NCBI GenBank assembly: GCA_964106645.2
Contig: OZ067040.1
Direction: 5' to 3' (one strand)
Source: Podarcis pityusensis
Lineage: Eukaryota
DNA: 64,000 nt
In this document: positions 12,561 through 27,771 of the stretch, one piece after another
Numbering within the stretch: the first letter of the stretch is position 1
Layout: every line of letters starts with the position of its first letter
Notes under the pieces: model-generated
Seen by the model: only the letters and a program-made list of their open reading frames with translations
Told to the model about the DNA's origin: nothing
Databases searched by the model: none
Program-made: the position numbers and the translations under genes

Positions 12561-12993
12561 GGGTGATTCCACATCAAATCAATGCAAAAAACAAGGGTTT
12601 TTTCACCAACCATCTCATATTTTGATGAAACTTGGTGTACACCCTTCCCTTATGGTTGAAAGAAACCCCCTTAATTCCCCCCCCCCTCTGTCTCAAACGG
12701 TTTTAATTTTATAGCACTTTGAAGTTTCCTGTAAAATTTCTAAGAGATCTGATCATTGGTTATGGGGGGGGGGGGAATGTACACAAGGGTATCTTGTGCC
12801 AAGGGTCTCAAGAGGGACAGACAACACAGATTTAACAAAACTTTGAAGTGCTATAAAAATTAAAACTATTAGAGATGGGGGGGGGGGAATTAAGGGGGTT
12901 TCTTTCAACCATAAGGGAAGGGTGTACACCAAATTTCATCAACATCTGAGACGGAGGGTGATATGACCTCGTTGAAATGACGTGGAATGACCC
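12561..12993. mobile_element. Long-TIR MITE (~170 bp arms), TTAT TSD
   Basis: Termini gggtgattccacatcaaatcaa / ttgaaatgacgtggaatgaccc; near-perfect inner arms ttggtgtacacccttcccttatggttgaaagaaacccccttaattcc and its reverse complement; TTAT on both sides. Confidence 0.85.
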
Positions 12994-14056
12994 TTATGGA
13001 AACACTGAACCCAAGCCATTATGTTCTGCCAAATCTCCTGGGCTTGACGTCTCACAATAAAGTACTCCTTTTACACCTCACATCTAATTCATACTCTTCA
13101 CTTGGAATTAAGAAAAGCCAAGTTTTGTTGTTTTAAAAAAATCGTGCCTACCACATACCATGCTCTGAAAAATATATATATAAATCATGCAAATTGTTCC
13201 CCGGCCTTACAATGGATTAGTCCATGTCCATTTTTATCTGTAGAAAACTACACTTTTTGAACCATCTACGTAAACTAAGAACAGATGGAAATAGATATTA
13301 AGCAGCAGTCAATGACCAAAACTAGATATGACTTTAAGCTTATTTTTAAACACGTGCTCGCAGCCTCCTTTTGTTTTCAAAAAAAGGAGAGCCATCCCTC
13401 CACCCTGGATCAGGGCCACAGCAAAGGGTTCCTTTTCGCCACCCCCATTGTCCAACAATTGTCTCCCTTAAACTGCTTAAAAATCGGAACAAATAAGCAC
13501 TTTGGGGCAGGAGACCATTTTTGCAAGGAAAATGGAGATGGGAAAATGGTTAAGTGGCCTCTTCCCCTGCAGTGCAATTCAGATCCAAGTTCGGAGCACC
13601 ACAGTTACTTTTTAGGAGAAAAGGAACATGGCCAGTTGCGATTCAAAACAGTACTTAACATCATGGATAGTTTGCTCCTTTGCACAATGTAGCATCTAGC
13701 GTGCCTGAGCAGAAAGCTTGGACCATTGATTTCTGGTGATCTGCCTTTACTCTCCCCCCCCCTCCATCTATCATCCATATATAAGAGAGTAAAAGCTGTA
13801 CATATTCATTTAGAACAAAATCCTTCTTTAACCTGATGGTTTTGATTATGATTTCAGGGAGAAATGTTTGCAGCTGCCATGCTAGGGAAGCAGTACCAAA
13901 TCACGGTTTTCTAACCCCGCATACGGTTTTTAAAACAGGGCAAACACATTAAGGAAAAATTGGGAGAAAGAAAATAAAATATCCCCACAGAGTGCGACTA
14001 GCCTACTTATTTATCTTAATCCAGTCATGTAAAAAACCATTGGATTTAGGACTTTA

Positions 14057-14260
<204 letters not shown>

Positions 14261-14545
14261 TCAGTAAAACAAAAAGGTCAAAATGGTTACATCTCATGGG
14301 ATATTCCATTTTAAGCAGAGCCTTCCACAAGCTAAGGTAAGAACATTCTAAGGGGAACCAAGACCGTAGGAATCCACCCGCTGGCAAAGTAACCACACGT
14401 GGAAGATTCTGTAAGGCTTAATGGTCTCCAGCTCTCTCCCCTGTTGCCCAGGCCCTGTGATGGGTCACTGAAGGGAGTGGCAGGTCTCTGCATACTCTTC
14501 ACATTTTCATCCTACCCAACCTGTCAAAAAAGGCATGTAGAATAT

Positions 14546-14720
14546 ACTGTATTTTTCCGTGTATAAGACGCCCCCATGTATAAGACGACCCCTATTTTTT
14601 GAGCCCCAAATTAAGAAATAAATATTTTAAACACCAAACGGAACAATATTGATATTTTATTAAATATTCAAAACACTGGTATATTTAGTACTGTATATTT
14701 AAACATGAAACAGTGAGGCA
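14546..14720. mobile_element. Tigger/pogo-like element, left-end fragment
   Basis: ta-ctgtatttttccgtgtataagacg with a tandem tgtataagacg repeat; same family as 7789-8654. Extent uncertain. Confidence 0.55.
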
Positions 14721-16093
14721 AGCTGTGTAATGGCGGCTGCTCCTATCAGCTCAGTGTAACTCCACTGTAGCTGCAGCTCCAGCTCTCCCGCCTGTGTGCT
14801 GCACTTTTGTCTCAGTATTTACGGTATGTACCGTATTTACTCCATGCGTGCTGGCAGATGCGAACACTGATTGAGGAGCTGCGACTGCCAGGCCTGCCTG
14901 AGTGAGTGCGCTTGGGGAATGAAGGGTCTGGGTAGCCAGGGGGCGGCTGAGGGAACCGGGTGGAAGGGACAATGTCCGGAGTGGGGGCTGCTGGGGGAGG
15001 GGAAGTACCAGACCAGTGTTTGTTGTGAGGCCAATAATGAGGGGAGGCTGGGGGGAAAGAATATGGCATTAAATTCATATTTCCATCTAATGTGCACTTT
15101 TTAGAAAATGCAGACTGTAGTCATTGGCTGGGGATGGGGTGGGGAGATGACTGGAATCACTGAAGGTGGGGAGGACGAATTTGACCCTCCTCACAAGCTC
15201 CTGATGAAAACCACTTCCCCACAGATGCAATTTGAAATGGGGAGGGGGCTCTTCATTAGCACCATACAGCTAAGTTTTATTTTTTTCTTGAGATATTTGT
15301 TCTTGTCTTTCTTTCATATGAATGATATGTAAGGTTACTGAATTGTTGCTCGACATCTCGGTTCTTTTTGCTCATCCATAGCTTTCTGGCATAGTTTTGG
15401 GTAAAAAAGGCAGGGTAAAAATGATGAAAATAAAATTGATAAAAGTATCCAAGTTTCATCATAACGCCAGATGAAGTGATTATATTATATGAGCTTTTCT
15501 GGCCATACATAGTATAATGGAGCAGATTAAATACCCATGCCAAACGTATAATTTGGGTTAAAGACAACAGGATATTGTGGGAATTTTAGACTTAATGGTT
15601 CCCTTTTGATGGTAATGTGGTATTTCAAAATCCAGCCATGCTAAATTTGGGGACCCTCTTCGTCAGTCTGATGAATGAGGCTCTGTACTGGAAGGAGAGG
15701 AATTCTGGTAATTCCAAGTGCCTAAAGAACTTTGAGCCAAGGCTGCACTGCTTTGCAAACTTTCCTTGGAGTAAGATGCAATTAATACAGAGGGACAGGT
15801 TTCTGAGCAAACATGCATATGATTGTGCTTCACATGAGCTTTCTGCTTTACAATGGCAGCACAAGTCACAGCATAGGTGTTCTCTGAAGCACGTTCAGAA
15901 GCTGATTTTTTGCAGCAGCAGCAAAATCACTTCAGTGCCGTACACTGTAGCCTGATGGCACTTTCTAGAAGGACTCCAAGATTGTGTTCAGAAAGACTCC
16001 TTTGTAATACCATAGTGAGCAAATTATTCTCACAGTGAGAGAGTGAAGTAAACAGTGATAGCTGCATCTCATTTAATCCACAACAATTAGCTA

Positions 16094-16345
<252 letters not shown>

Positions 16346-17487
16346 TCAGACAAGAAGAGGAAAAATATAAGACTTAAAAATGGAAAGGGAAAAAAAACCT
16401 AGTTACTTTTGTACATCATGGTATGTCCCTCTTCTCTTTGTCTAATTGGCTGATGTTGCAATAACTTCATTCACTGCCTAAAAACACTGAAAGGTAGAAG
16501 AATGCTAGTTTTTCACTAAACAAACAAGGAGAATGGTGCCCATACTTTTGCCTCATATACAAAGGGTAGAGACTTATTTTTATAAAGAAAGCTGTGACTC
16601 TGGGGATTATAGTTCAGCTGCGGGGAAGATGCCCATGTTCATCTGTCTTAGAACCTAGTTTTTCTTACCAAATGACAAGAACACGCATTTCATATAAACC
16701 CAGTTTTAATAAATCACAATAGTTATAGTTAGAACACACACACCTTTTTGCAACAAATTTTCCCCACGGCAATGAAACCTATATTTATCATTCTTATTTA
16801 AACTACCTCAAAGGAATAAATATGAATTTATAGCTTGTATCTTATCCCAAATAAGTGATATGCACCCTATTTTAAGCTTGAGGGATTTGAGCTGATTTCA
16901 TTTCATTTGCAGGTTCAAATATAAATGCAGAAACATTTCCTACCATTGTGTAACAATAGGGCAGCTCCTGAAAAGTTTGTCACAAGTTCTAGATGAGTTC
17001 TAATCAAAAATCATATAACCATTCTGTATTTACAAAATAGTATGAGGGAAATTTTGCTGGTTAGGAATTTGAATGCAGGGGGTTGGGCTACTTCCGTCTC
17101 TACAATTCTGTGATTCTATGAAATATACTGTATTAGTAAGGGTATGCCAAGAGAACATGGCACAAACTAAGGACCAATTTAGAGTTTTAATTGTTTTTTT
17201 ACAGTGTTATTTTTCTAGAAAAAGAGGTGTCAGAACCCATCATGTATAGTATATAATATTTATGTATATTGTGGGGCAGATTGGAGTGAAGGCACCTGAA
17301 ACCAGTCATAGAGTTTGCATTGGCCCTCCAAGTATTTATCCAGGAAATGGTTTGGCAGGGCTGGCCGAAGAAATTTTGCTTCCCAAAGCAAATCACCACT
17401 GGCAATGGAACAGTGTCCTCTCCTACACTTGAGGGCTGTAAGCAAGGTTATGGGGTGCATACACAGATCCCTCACTATCTACTAAAT

Positions 17488-17623
17488 CAGGCATAGGCAA
17501 ACTCGGCCCTCCAGATGTTTTGGGACTACAATTCCCATCATCCCTCGCTAACAGGACCAGTGGTCAGAGATTATGGGACTTGTCATCCCAAAACATCTGG
17601 AGGGACATGTTTGCCTATGGCTG
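17488..17623. mobile_element. hAT MITE
   Basis: TIR caggcataggcaaac / gtttgcctatggctg; perfect 8-bp TSD tactaaat at 17480-17487 and 17624-17631. Confidence 0.92.
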
Positions 17624-18353
17624 TACTAAATGAAGCACCCACTTCATTCTTACTAATGGGTTGGTCCCACAGTCTGGTTAGTCTGGTTAGAGGAACAAAC
17701 TTTGGGGACTTGGCCTTTGGTTCAAAGCCTTTGGTACTGGTGGGCGGGGGAAAGGAGGACACTCCAACCTGCTACTCCTAGATGAATAATCTACTAAATA
17801 AACCCAGAACAGAGAGGTGGCAGCCTGAGTGCACCAAAGGGAATGAGAGCTTGTGGGCATTGGAGACATCTAACTTCAGCCTTTAAGGACAGAAACTTGC
17901 AGGAATGGTGCTATTTTCATGGAAGCTACTTTGCACGAATCTTTTGGCTCCAGGATCCTAGTAAGAGAAGGTTTGGGGCACTGGGGGTGGGTGGGTAGCC
18001 CTAAACAAAGAATAGAGAGAAGCAGATAGGTTAAGGTGAAAGATGGCAACTGGATTGAATGACCCAGTTCTAGGTGAGCTGGTGGCCATCAAATTTTCAG
18101 CCAGTTCACTCTGTAGATAGCAAAATCACAGAATCATGGCCCATCTGATTTGTTGTCTTTCTGTACTTTTGCTGTATTGCTTGCTTTATTAATATGCTGT
18201 TAACTGCTTTGGAAGTCTTTGGGCCAAGAAACGCAATACGAATGAACCACAATGTAACATGTTTTTCCCATGTTTTTATCTCACGTTTTATCTCACGAAT
18301 TGTAGGTTTGGGGACTATGGGGGGTTTGATATTTGCTATCTACTGTTAATATA

Positions 18354-18671
18354 GGGACGCGGGTGGCGCTGTGGGTTAAACTACAGAGCCTAGGACTTGC
18401 CGATCAGAAGGTCGGCGGTTCAAATCCCTGCAACGGGGTGAGCTCCCGTTGCTCAGTCCCAGCTCCTGCCAACCTAGCAGTTCGAAAGCACACCAGTGCA
18501 AGTAGATAAATAGGTACTGCTCTGGCGGGAAGGTAAAGCGGCTTAGTCATGCTGGCCACATGACCCTGAAGCTGTATGCCGGCTCCCTCGGCCAGTAAAG
18601 CGAGATGAGCGCCGCAACCCCAGAGTCGGCTACGACTGGACCTAATGGTCAGGGGTCCCTTTACCTTTTTT
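18354..18671 (+). mobile_element. Sauria SINE, near full length
   Basis: tRNA-like head gggacgcgggtggcgctgtgggttaaa...ggttcaaatccc, tttacct tail, 13-bp TSD tactgttaa(t/a)ata. Confidence 0.92.
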
Positions 18672-19742
18672 TACTGTTAAAATAAGACTGACTGGGTGTG
18701 TGGAATCTAATTTTTGAGTTGTCCCTCACTTTCTTGAGAGTATAATCTTAGCACACACCTGGAACTTCTGAGCACTCTTTAAAAGATGTCTTCCATGCCT
18801 TGCATGCATGTTTTTAATTTTATTAAAGGCAAGTTATATTATGGAGAAAAGTGAAGGAATAGAAAAGGAAAGCAAGCTAGTTATGCTTTAACTATTTGTT
18901 TGCTTTGATGTTTGTACTGATATTTTCTAATATATTGCTCACAAAAAAAAAAAAAGCTGGGCCAATTTAAAGCCTGGGTGAGGTTCACAAATGTAAATCC
19001 AAATTAAAAAAAGGAGTGTATGAGACTGACTACTAAGAAGACAGGGCTCAGATTAGATTCAGAATCTAATCTTAAACCATCTTTAACCATCACAATTTCA
19101 TATATTATGAATGCAAAGATTAGTCGCAATATATTAAGGAGATCTTCCATTTTCTTGCATGTTATTTCGTTTCCTCGGGCACTAGAGGCCAGTCATAATA
19201 ATTAGTCTGGTGGAATATAATAAGGATATAGATTTATAGGCAGACTTCATTTCTGTTTATAGTGCTTTAGGGCATAAAATGCCAGCTAGTGAAGATAAAT
19301 CAGATCTTATTTGCTTTACTCATCGGCCAGATTACTCAACTGTCACTTCCATAGTTCATCATCTGAAGGAAAGTTGGTTACTGTTTGGTGGAATACGCTA
19401 TAATGGAATTTAGTCTCATAATCATGCATATTGCTTGAGTCTGAAACGGAATAAGGATTCAATCCTGTCACCAGTTGAATGTCGGTAACTAACAACGAAT
19501 GAGCAAATGCATGACTTCAGTCTCATTGTTATTTGAGCTCTTTCACAAGAGGGGTGGGAATCTCCATCCCGCAGGCCAGTCTTGGCTCACCAAGGTGTCC
19601 ATGTTGAGCTGTGAACCAATTTCCTCCACCTGGTGACATCAGTTGCTGGGTGCAGGGTCAATCCTTCACCAGCATGTTGCCTCAGCATGTGAGCATTGCA
19701 GCTTGCAGGGCTGCACTCTGACTCTCTGATCACTAGCTGGCA

Positions 19743-19915
19743 GGTAAAGGTAAAGGACCCCTGGACGGTTAAGTCCAGTCAAAGGTGACTATGGGGTGTG
19801 GCACTCATCTTGCTTCAAGCCCAGGGAGCCAGCATTTGTCCACAGACAGCTTTCCGGGTCATGTGGCCAGCATGACTAAACTGCTTCTGGTGCACAGAGG
19901 ACCATGACGAGTGCC
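19743..19915 (-). mobile_element. Sauria SINE 3' fragment
   Basis: ggtaaaggtaaagg is the reverse of the tail; tttgtccacagacagctttccgggtcatgtggccagcatgactaa core. Confidence 0.85.
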
Positions 19916-22343
19916 TGCTTTTGAGGCTAGAGCTACTGAGCTCATTTCTAGGTTTAGGCCACCAGCTTCTCTAAAGATTTATTTTTCATGCTGCATAACA
20001 AACTTGGGACTATTTTGTTACAAATTTCAGAAGAAGAATCTACCCTCTGTTTTTCATCACTTATGGCTTTGACATGTTATGCTAATTATTAACACCCCAG
20101 AACTAACTCCGCACGCAAATATCATCTTAACAAAACCGCAACATACTTGAAAGAGATGTGTAGCTGAGGTGAAGAGCTTGGGCTATATCTACTCTTCCAA
20201 CAAAAATGGTCTGGGAATGGTAGCATATGGAGTGCTACCCCCCTAATCATCAAACTACAATTTCCTGGGAAGAAGAAGCCAGTTAAATCTGCAGTGTAAA
20301 TTCATTCAACGTATATAAGAAACTTAATCGGAGGACACCCTTACAAACATGAGGAGAGACTGTTTCTCACATGAAAAAAATATAATTAGTGCAGAATATG
20401 TGGAATAAATGTGAGGCTAGTTTCGTGCAAAGAGAGAAGAAAAGAAAGCATTCAGTCTGAACAGAATTTTAAAATAAATAGACTTTGGTGCACAAAGAAT
20501 TAAAAGCAAAACATTTAACTCCCCAAAGTCACTCATTGTTCTAAAATAATTCCATCCAAGAGAAGCAGTGTTTCATTGGATTATTTGTTGGTTGTATAGG
20601 ATAATATGCATAATCGCACATAAGATAGAAGCTTTTCCTTACTCACTCCTGAATCACAGATCCTAGATTACAAGAGGGATTAGTTTGTATTCCTGCTATG
20701 GTCCGCTCTCTCTCTGTGTGCTTTTTCTTAAAAGCATTCTAATGCCTAGTAAAACTTAAGTTGGTTTTCACAAAGACATAATAATTTATAGTTCTGCCTA
20801 CTCTGGAAGGAACATTCACATGGTTGGCACAAGGCTTAAGAATCCAGGTGAGCTAAATTGTTTCTTTCCTTTGTCAGAACACGTTATCAACAAACCCCAC
20901 AGATTGTGAAAAGATTTATCCTGGAGACTGATACATGTCATATGCCTAACTCATAAAGTTGTCCAACACAACAGCTCAGAACTCAACAACACACCAGGCA
21001 ACGACAGGCTTTCCCAGCCTTTGTCATAGAGTTTTAGTCTTGTTTTAAATGCATTTGCTGCTTTCGTGCTTTTAACTGTTTTTCATTATCTATTGCATTT
21101 CTCACCTTGAGATGGTGGTTTAGAAGGTGATTAATAAATTAATTGTAATAAGAATAAGAGTAATGGTGTCATTGTCTTGGCTCCGGTCTTGGGTCTTTGA
21201 AAGGGAGGTCTTTCCAGGCTGAAGTACTACAGAAACTGCAGTGGCATGCAAGCCCAGGAGATACATAAAGGAAATGAGCTCCATAGCACTTACATAGGTA
21301 TGATCTTCTGCCTTCGGCTGGTATGCTTCCATGCCATAACCATATACAGGAGCAAACTAGGCAGTATACTATGTGGTTCATCGGAATACAAATTTATTGT
21401 TTTTTTATATATTTAATAACAGAATTTCTATTCCATAGTGTAAGAACTCTTCAGGAATGATAGAACTATTCTGATTCTCCTCTGCCCACCCAGCCTTCTC
21501 CTGTGTATGGAGGCAGAACAGGACAGGTTTGTTTTGGCTAATTCTGATTTGTTCCCGCTCATTCTGCATTAAGTATTAGATTTAGAAGTGTGCCTGTTTA
21601 ATATGCTTTTCTTTCCTAAGGGATCTCTCTCTCTCTCTATATATATGTAAATATAATCTACTTTCCACAATCAACAGTCAACAAGTTTTGAAACTGCTCA
21701 TTGGCATCACCATCAGGACGACACCAATTAGCTACCACTAATTGTTCTATAGCTTCAGTAAAAGGGCTAGTTAACTTAGGTAAAACATTTCCCCCTTTCA
21801 ATACCTTTTCTCTCTCTCTTCAGAGTTCTCGGGTTAAGGCATGTTTGAAGAGCATCTTTACTAACTTTGGACAAGTGAACCATAGGCAAACTATGTTCTG
21901 CTAGCAAAAAACTTACAAAAACCATGGAGGTTTGTACTTGGAGATGGCGCAGATTAGAACATCTAGTTGAGTTTAGGCAAATCTAAGCTGCAGATTCTCT
22001 AATAAAATTAACATAAGACTAAAACTAGCTGCCTTGAAAGTTTATCAAATAAAAACCAAAGATTGGCACACGGTACTTATTTGTTAATCTGCTTTAAGAA
22101 AACAATATTGGGGTCGAATCATTATTATAAGATTGATAAGGTCTAATTTGTTTCAAGGGTGTCATAAACATGAGCTAGGTAGTTCTATCTAGCTTCATAC
22201 CTAAGAAATCTTGGTTGACTCTTTTTTTCACAGAATAACGTGTTAAAATTAATTTAAAGAGATTTGCACACCGTGGCCAATGGAGAGCTTATTTCAAATA
22301 AGGTACAGTTAGATAGGAGGGGAAAAACCTCTGCAGTTACTTA

Positions 22344-22607
<264 letters not shown>

Positions 22608-24139
22608 TCATATACCTGGCAGCCTCTACAACAAAGTCAAAATAAATCTCACATAAAAAAAGAACAACCATGCTTTATGGCTTAAAAGAAAAAGCAAACA
22701 ACAACAACAAAAACCCCCACCAAGAACACCAACAAGAAATGCAACACAAACATAAAAGATGCTAATGGAATTGGGAACATTCCACTAACAAGCTCTGTGT
22801 AAATGTAATGTAATGTCGACACAGTGGGATATGGTAACCGCCAACCTAGCAAACCTTTGTTACTGACCAGGTCTGCACATAACACCAAGACATGTTTGTT
22901 TAAGAAACCATGAATTAACCATAAATTGTTTCCCAGATTACCGAAGGAACTTTGGCTTATTTCCCCAAAGTTTAGTCTGATTTCCAGCTCCTTTTCCCTT
23001 GTGTGTTTGTAACACGGTGAATGTTGTGGAGTGGGGTGGCCAAACAAACCACTATTAAGGAAGGGCGCTAGTTTCACACAGAGTGCCAAGCCATAAATGA
23101 AATACACCAAGGTTTGCCAGTCAAGAACAAACCAAGGCTTCTTAATGTGGTTAGTTGGCAGTAAATAGGCCATAGTTAAGTTGCTGGCATAGAATGCTAA
23201 GTCATAATTTAATAAACCATCATTTACTAAAGCAGGGCTTCGTGTTATGTGCAAAACCAGATTTGTGCCTCCCTGGGTGATAAACAGTGAACGTGCTTGT
23301 TAGTGAGAAGATCCCGGATTTTTCATGCAGACTTTGCCAACTGCTTTTATAAAATAGGAAAGTCTTAAATTTAGTACCCAGGAGTTGTGATTAGAACTGA
23401 ACGTTGTGTGCAGGTTTGGCTCTGCTTTTGTTATTATGAAACAGACACAAAACAAAACCAAAAAAACCCCCTTATGTTTCTCATTGTATTTTAAATTGCC
23501 CCTTAAAATGACAGCTTTTAAAAAATTCATGTCCAGTGCAGGGTGTGGCCAATGATCCTAGAGAGCCATACAATATTATAGAAAACCTCAAAGAGCTGGG
23601 GAGGCAAATGGTATGCTGTACATACAAAGAAAGCGGCTGTGTTGCACAGCTGTCCTGCTGTTGGCTATAGGAAGAGAAAGCATCCGTATGCTCTCCTCAA
23701 ACTTCTCCCATGGCTAGGCACAGAAAATCTGTGAGTGCCCGAGACTCTAGATTATAGATGGGCAACAGACTCATGTGTGCATATTCTTGATCAAAAGCAC
23801 AATGCATCCACCAGCTTCTAGTTCATTTGTTCATTGTCTTCAGTAGAAGTATTTGGTCAGATGTTGAACGAATACTATGAAAGCTGCATTTAATTCAAAT
23901 CTTTCCAGGCACATATGTGTGTGTGTTTGTATGTATATGTGTGTGAATATATATGAGTAGATATATATGTATATATATATTTGTGTGTGAATGCATGCAT
24001 ATATGAAGTCGTACAGATTTAAAAACAACTAACTTGCATGTAGAAGTGTCTTATTGTCATTCAAATATGTATCCAAGAAGAAAACAGGCAGAAGAGATAG
24101 CTGAGCATGTTCATAAGAAGTTGACTAGATTCATGCTTA

Positions 24140-24238
<99 letters not shown>

Positions 24239-26087
24239 TCATTTCAAGACTGAACACCTTAATTCTAAAAATAATTCTCTTAAGTGTCCTAGAGAATTAA
24301 ACTTTCTGCAAAAGTTACTTGCAGACGACATCATTTCTGCATTGACTTTAGCAGTTCTATTCACACCACAAGAGGGAGCGCATGAATCATGATTTCCTCT
24401 CACTGCAAAACGAAATTGCTTTCCAGGACCCTTATGGACCAAGACCCTTGGAAGACAAGGACAACTGTGCATTAAATCTCTTGCTAATAGTGTCTCCAGC
24501 TATGACACTGATGGGCTTCAGAAGAATGTGAGTCGAGAAAGTCAGAAAGCTATGTGTAATTTATGGCCAAGGGGGAAGGGAAAGGTAAAACAGAGAGGCA
24601 AGTGGTGTATGAATCATTTAAAGAAGACACAAAAACCTTTTCAATTCCCTTTCCCCACAGTATATTATTTATTAACACATGGGGAAGCCTTTCTGTTTTC
24701 TATAGTGTAACTGGAGGTTGTGATGCATTCCTTCTTTCTTATGAAGAATTCGAAACTTTAGGGCTGGTACTTGATGCAAATTGTATTGATCACAATATCA
24801 AAACTAGAATGTGGCTTCTCATTTTTAAGCAGGAGTGGTTTGCAATATGAATGAGGCCCAGGCACTTTGAGGCATGCCATTATAACACATCTTTCTTATA
24901 AAAAAAGAGTTTGAATTCATGATATCAATTACTATACTCATGGAACTGTTGCTTTCATGGCAATCTAAATTGGGGGGGCGGATAGCATTATTTATCAGGG
25001 TAGCTCCCTTTTCAACCATTATGTGTTGCTCGTGCCTGAGTCTATATATGTACAACTTGTATATGTAGTCTGGGTCTTGCAGAATTGACATTCCCTGATT
25101 ACACGGAGTCCAAATCATGCATGTTGTCAGCACACAGGCCCTGTGCAAACAGGCACAGCTAATGCAAGGAGGGTGGGGAAGGAAACAGCAGGTTCAACCT
25201 CAGCTCCCCTCCACATATTCATTGAAAAATAATGTGACAAAGTCCAGCGAAAAGCCAGAAGTTAGAAAGGGTTAGGAACCGGACATTATATGAAGCGTAT
25301 GCAGACCTGGTGCCAGAGGTGAGCTAGACCAGGCACTGGTCAAGGACCCAGTTGGCTCAGAAGGTTTCCCATTGGTCTTCCCTTGTTCATCACTCTTCTT
25401 GCTGGGCCCCCAGAGCAGTTTCAGTGCTGCAGTTGTGGTCGTCACCCACCATGTTTAATTAATCCAAATGAACCAGCCCTATGCCTATAAATTCTTACAG
25501 ATCTATTTTATAGGTATAGGGAACCACAGAACTTTATGATGTTTAACATCTAGAATCCCAATGGGACCAGGACTATAGACAAGTCCTGTTCTGGTTGTGG
25601 TGGGTGAGTGGCGTTCTTTGGTGACACCATGCCAAGGAACCCGTGAAGTCTGCCGCCAGCCCCATTTATAGGGCTGCTGCAGAAAGGAACATTTGCATCA
25701 AAGCTTCCCCCCACCCCTTTGTGTAGGAATACAATATCATCACATTTGCAAACTTTCTTGCTGCCGCCACCAATGAATGAGGTGGACTGGGAATGAAGAA
25801 ACTTAGAACATAATGCTGTCATGACATATGATAAGTATATATCTACAAATCACACAAGGAAGAGAATTTGACACAGGGATAGAGGTTTTAGCCATAGGCC
25901 CATGGTGCATGTCATGTGTAGTCCTGACTTTAGTTTATGAGAGGCCTTTTAGTAACTGGGACTTGGAAACTGAATCTCCTTGGTAACCTGATTCTAAAGG
26001 AGGGTTTTTGAACAAAATAAATCAGGATTCCTGGAGGCCCAAGTCACCTCCCACCTGATCATGTTTGCTTCTTGTAACTTCTCCTAA

Positions 26088-26380
26088 GCTGCATGCACAC
26101 AATACACTTAAAGCACCCACCCAGCCCCGCAAGAATGCTGAAAGCTGTAGTTTGTTGCTCACAGAACTACAATTCCCAGCACCTTTAACAAACCACAGTT
26201 TACAAGATTTGGGGTTTGTGTGCTTTCAGTGTACGGTGTGCAAACAGCCTTGGTCACTGATACATTATTTTAGAATGAGATTAGCAACAAGGGCTGCGTA
26301 CACACTGTACATTTAAACCACATGGCTTCTCCTAAAAAATCTTCTGAACTGTAGTTTGTTAAGGGTGCTGGGAATCATAG
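26088..26380. mobile_element. Two adjacent degenerate palindromic MITE-like elements
   Basis: cacaatacacttaaagcac / gtgctttcagtgtacggtgtg inverted ends; ttcccagcacctttaacaaacca matches the reverse of tagtttgttaagggtgctgggaa. Confidence 0.55.
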
Positions 26381-27708
26381 CATAATCCTTTCTACCTGTG
26401 AACGTAATCCTTTCTACCTTCCTATGGATATTGGCATGTGCTTAACTTACCAGTAACCAGACACAATCAATGTAAGCACATTTTAAGGTTATTTACATGA
26501 TATGGATTGGAGCAGCTTGTGTATGGACCAGCTGATGTGGATGTGAATAAATATGGACTAGCTGAAATATCAAGTAATAAGAAAACAATTTCCATAAAGT
26601 TCCGGGCATTTTAGCATATATGGTAGATTGTGTCAAGAACTGCATTAAACCAAAACCGGTAATGCTACAGCAAGAAGTGATCTGTCTGTTTCAAATGTTA
26701 TGTCTAAAATGAAACTTCCTAAGAAGCCATGGCTTGGACTCTGAGACTCTGTGAGCATAAGTCAAATGAAAGGACCCTCCTGTTGGCAAGAAGCAAAGGT
26801 GGGAGATGTTGATTTCCACTGAAGCCCCCTGAAAATATTGCCCAGAGTTTTGGGGAACACTCTGGAATAATGTGGGAGTGATGCAGGGGGCTGCAGGTGA
26901 AAGGAGGAACTGATGTAATCCTCTTGCTCCATCTCAGTTGTGAATAGTTATGGTTCTGAAATCCCACAATGCTAGAGACTCTCATTGTTTGTCAGTTTGT
27001 TTTAGGAGGGTGGCTATCATCATCATCATCATTTTTTTAAGCCTGAAAACTGGTAATAATTCAACCGTAACCATGTGCCCCTTTTACAAATTTGTGATGG
27101 TGCTTTTATATTGACATTTAGGTGTGCTTTTTTTGTGAGCTGTCTCAAAGATCCGGTTGAAAATGCAGGTTGAAATATAATTTTTTCAAAAGACAAACAA
27201 AAACCAGGAAGTTCACAAAGAAGTATCTGAAGTAATAAGTAGGGAGATAGGCACCTGTAGCAATATTTCTTTTGTGTGAGGCCGAACTCCATGTGACAAC
27301 AGTCACATGCTTGAAACAATCATTCCAATTGCTTTGGGACTTTTGAACCCTATTATACTGGCACCTTAATTTGTCTGTGCATTTGATGTGGCTGAATTTT
27401 GCTGTGGTGTTTGTTTTGAGTCTATAAATGAATTGTAACTTTTTATTTAATGTTGCCATTACCAGTTTTCAATATAATGAGTTGTTTGTACCTGAGTATC
27501 GATTTGTTTTGAGACTTACTCATTTTTACAATGGACTTAGTTGTTGGCTGGATCTGTTGTGAATACACACTGAGTGCAGTAACTGAAGATACTTGACAAG
27601 CACAGCTCCCCAACGCCCTTTGCTGGTGGGCCTTGTGATTCAAGACCAAGACCAAGTCGACCCATGAAATGGAAATCACTGTGATAAAGAGCTCAACATT
27701 TTACATAC

Positions 27709-27771
27709 CTTCGATGTGAAGCATAATTTCCGGTAATATGCCCAGAGCCATCACAACCAGGTGTGGGACAC
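27709..27771 (-). CDS. MYT1L: MYT1L C2HC zinc-finger exon ([20 protein letters not shown])
   Basis: ttttag|G acceptor and AG|GTATGT donor; 63 nt, phase 2-2. Confidence 0.97.

Noticed and set aside
22682-23254. 190-aa minus-strand intronic ORF with hydrophobic end
   Set aside because: Non-ATG start; hydrophobicity comes from T-rich low-complexity sequence; no recognisable homology.
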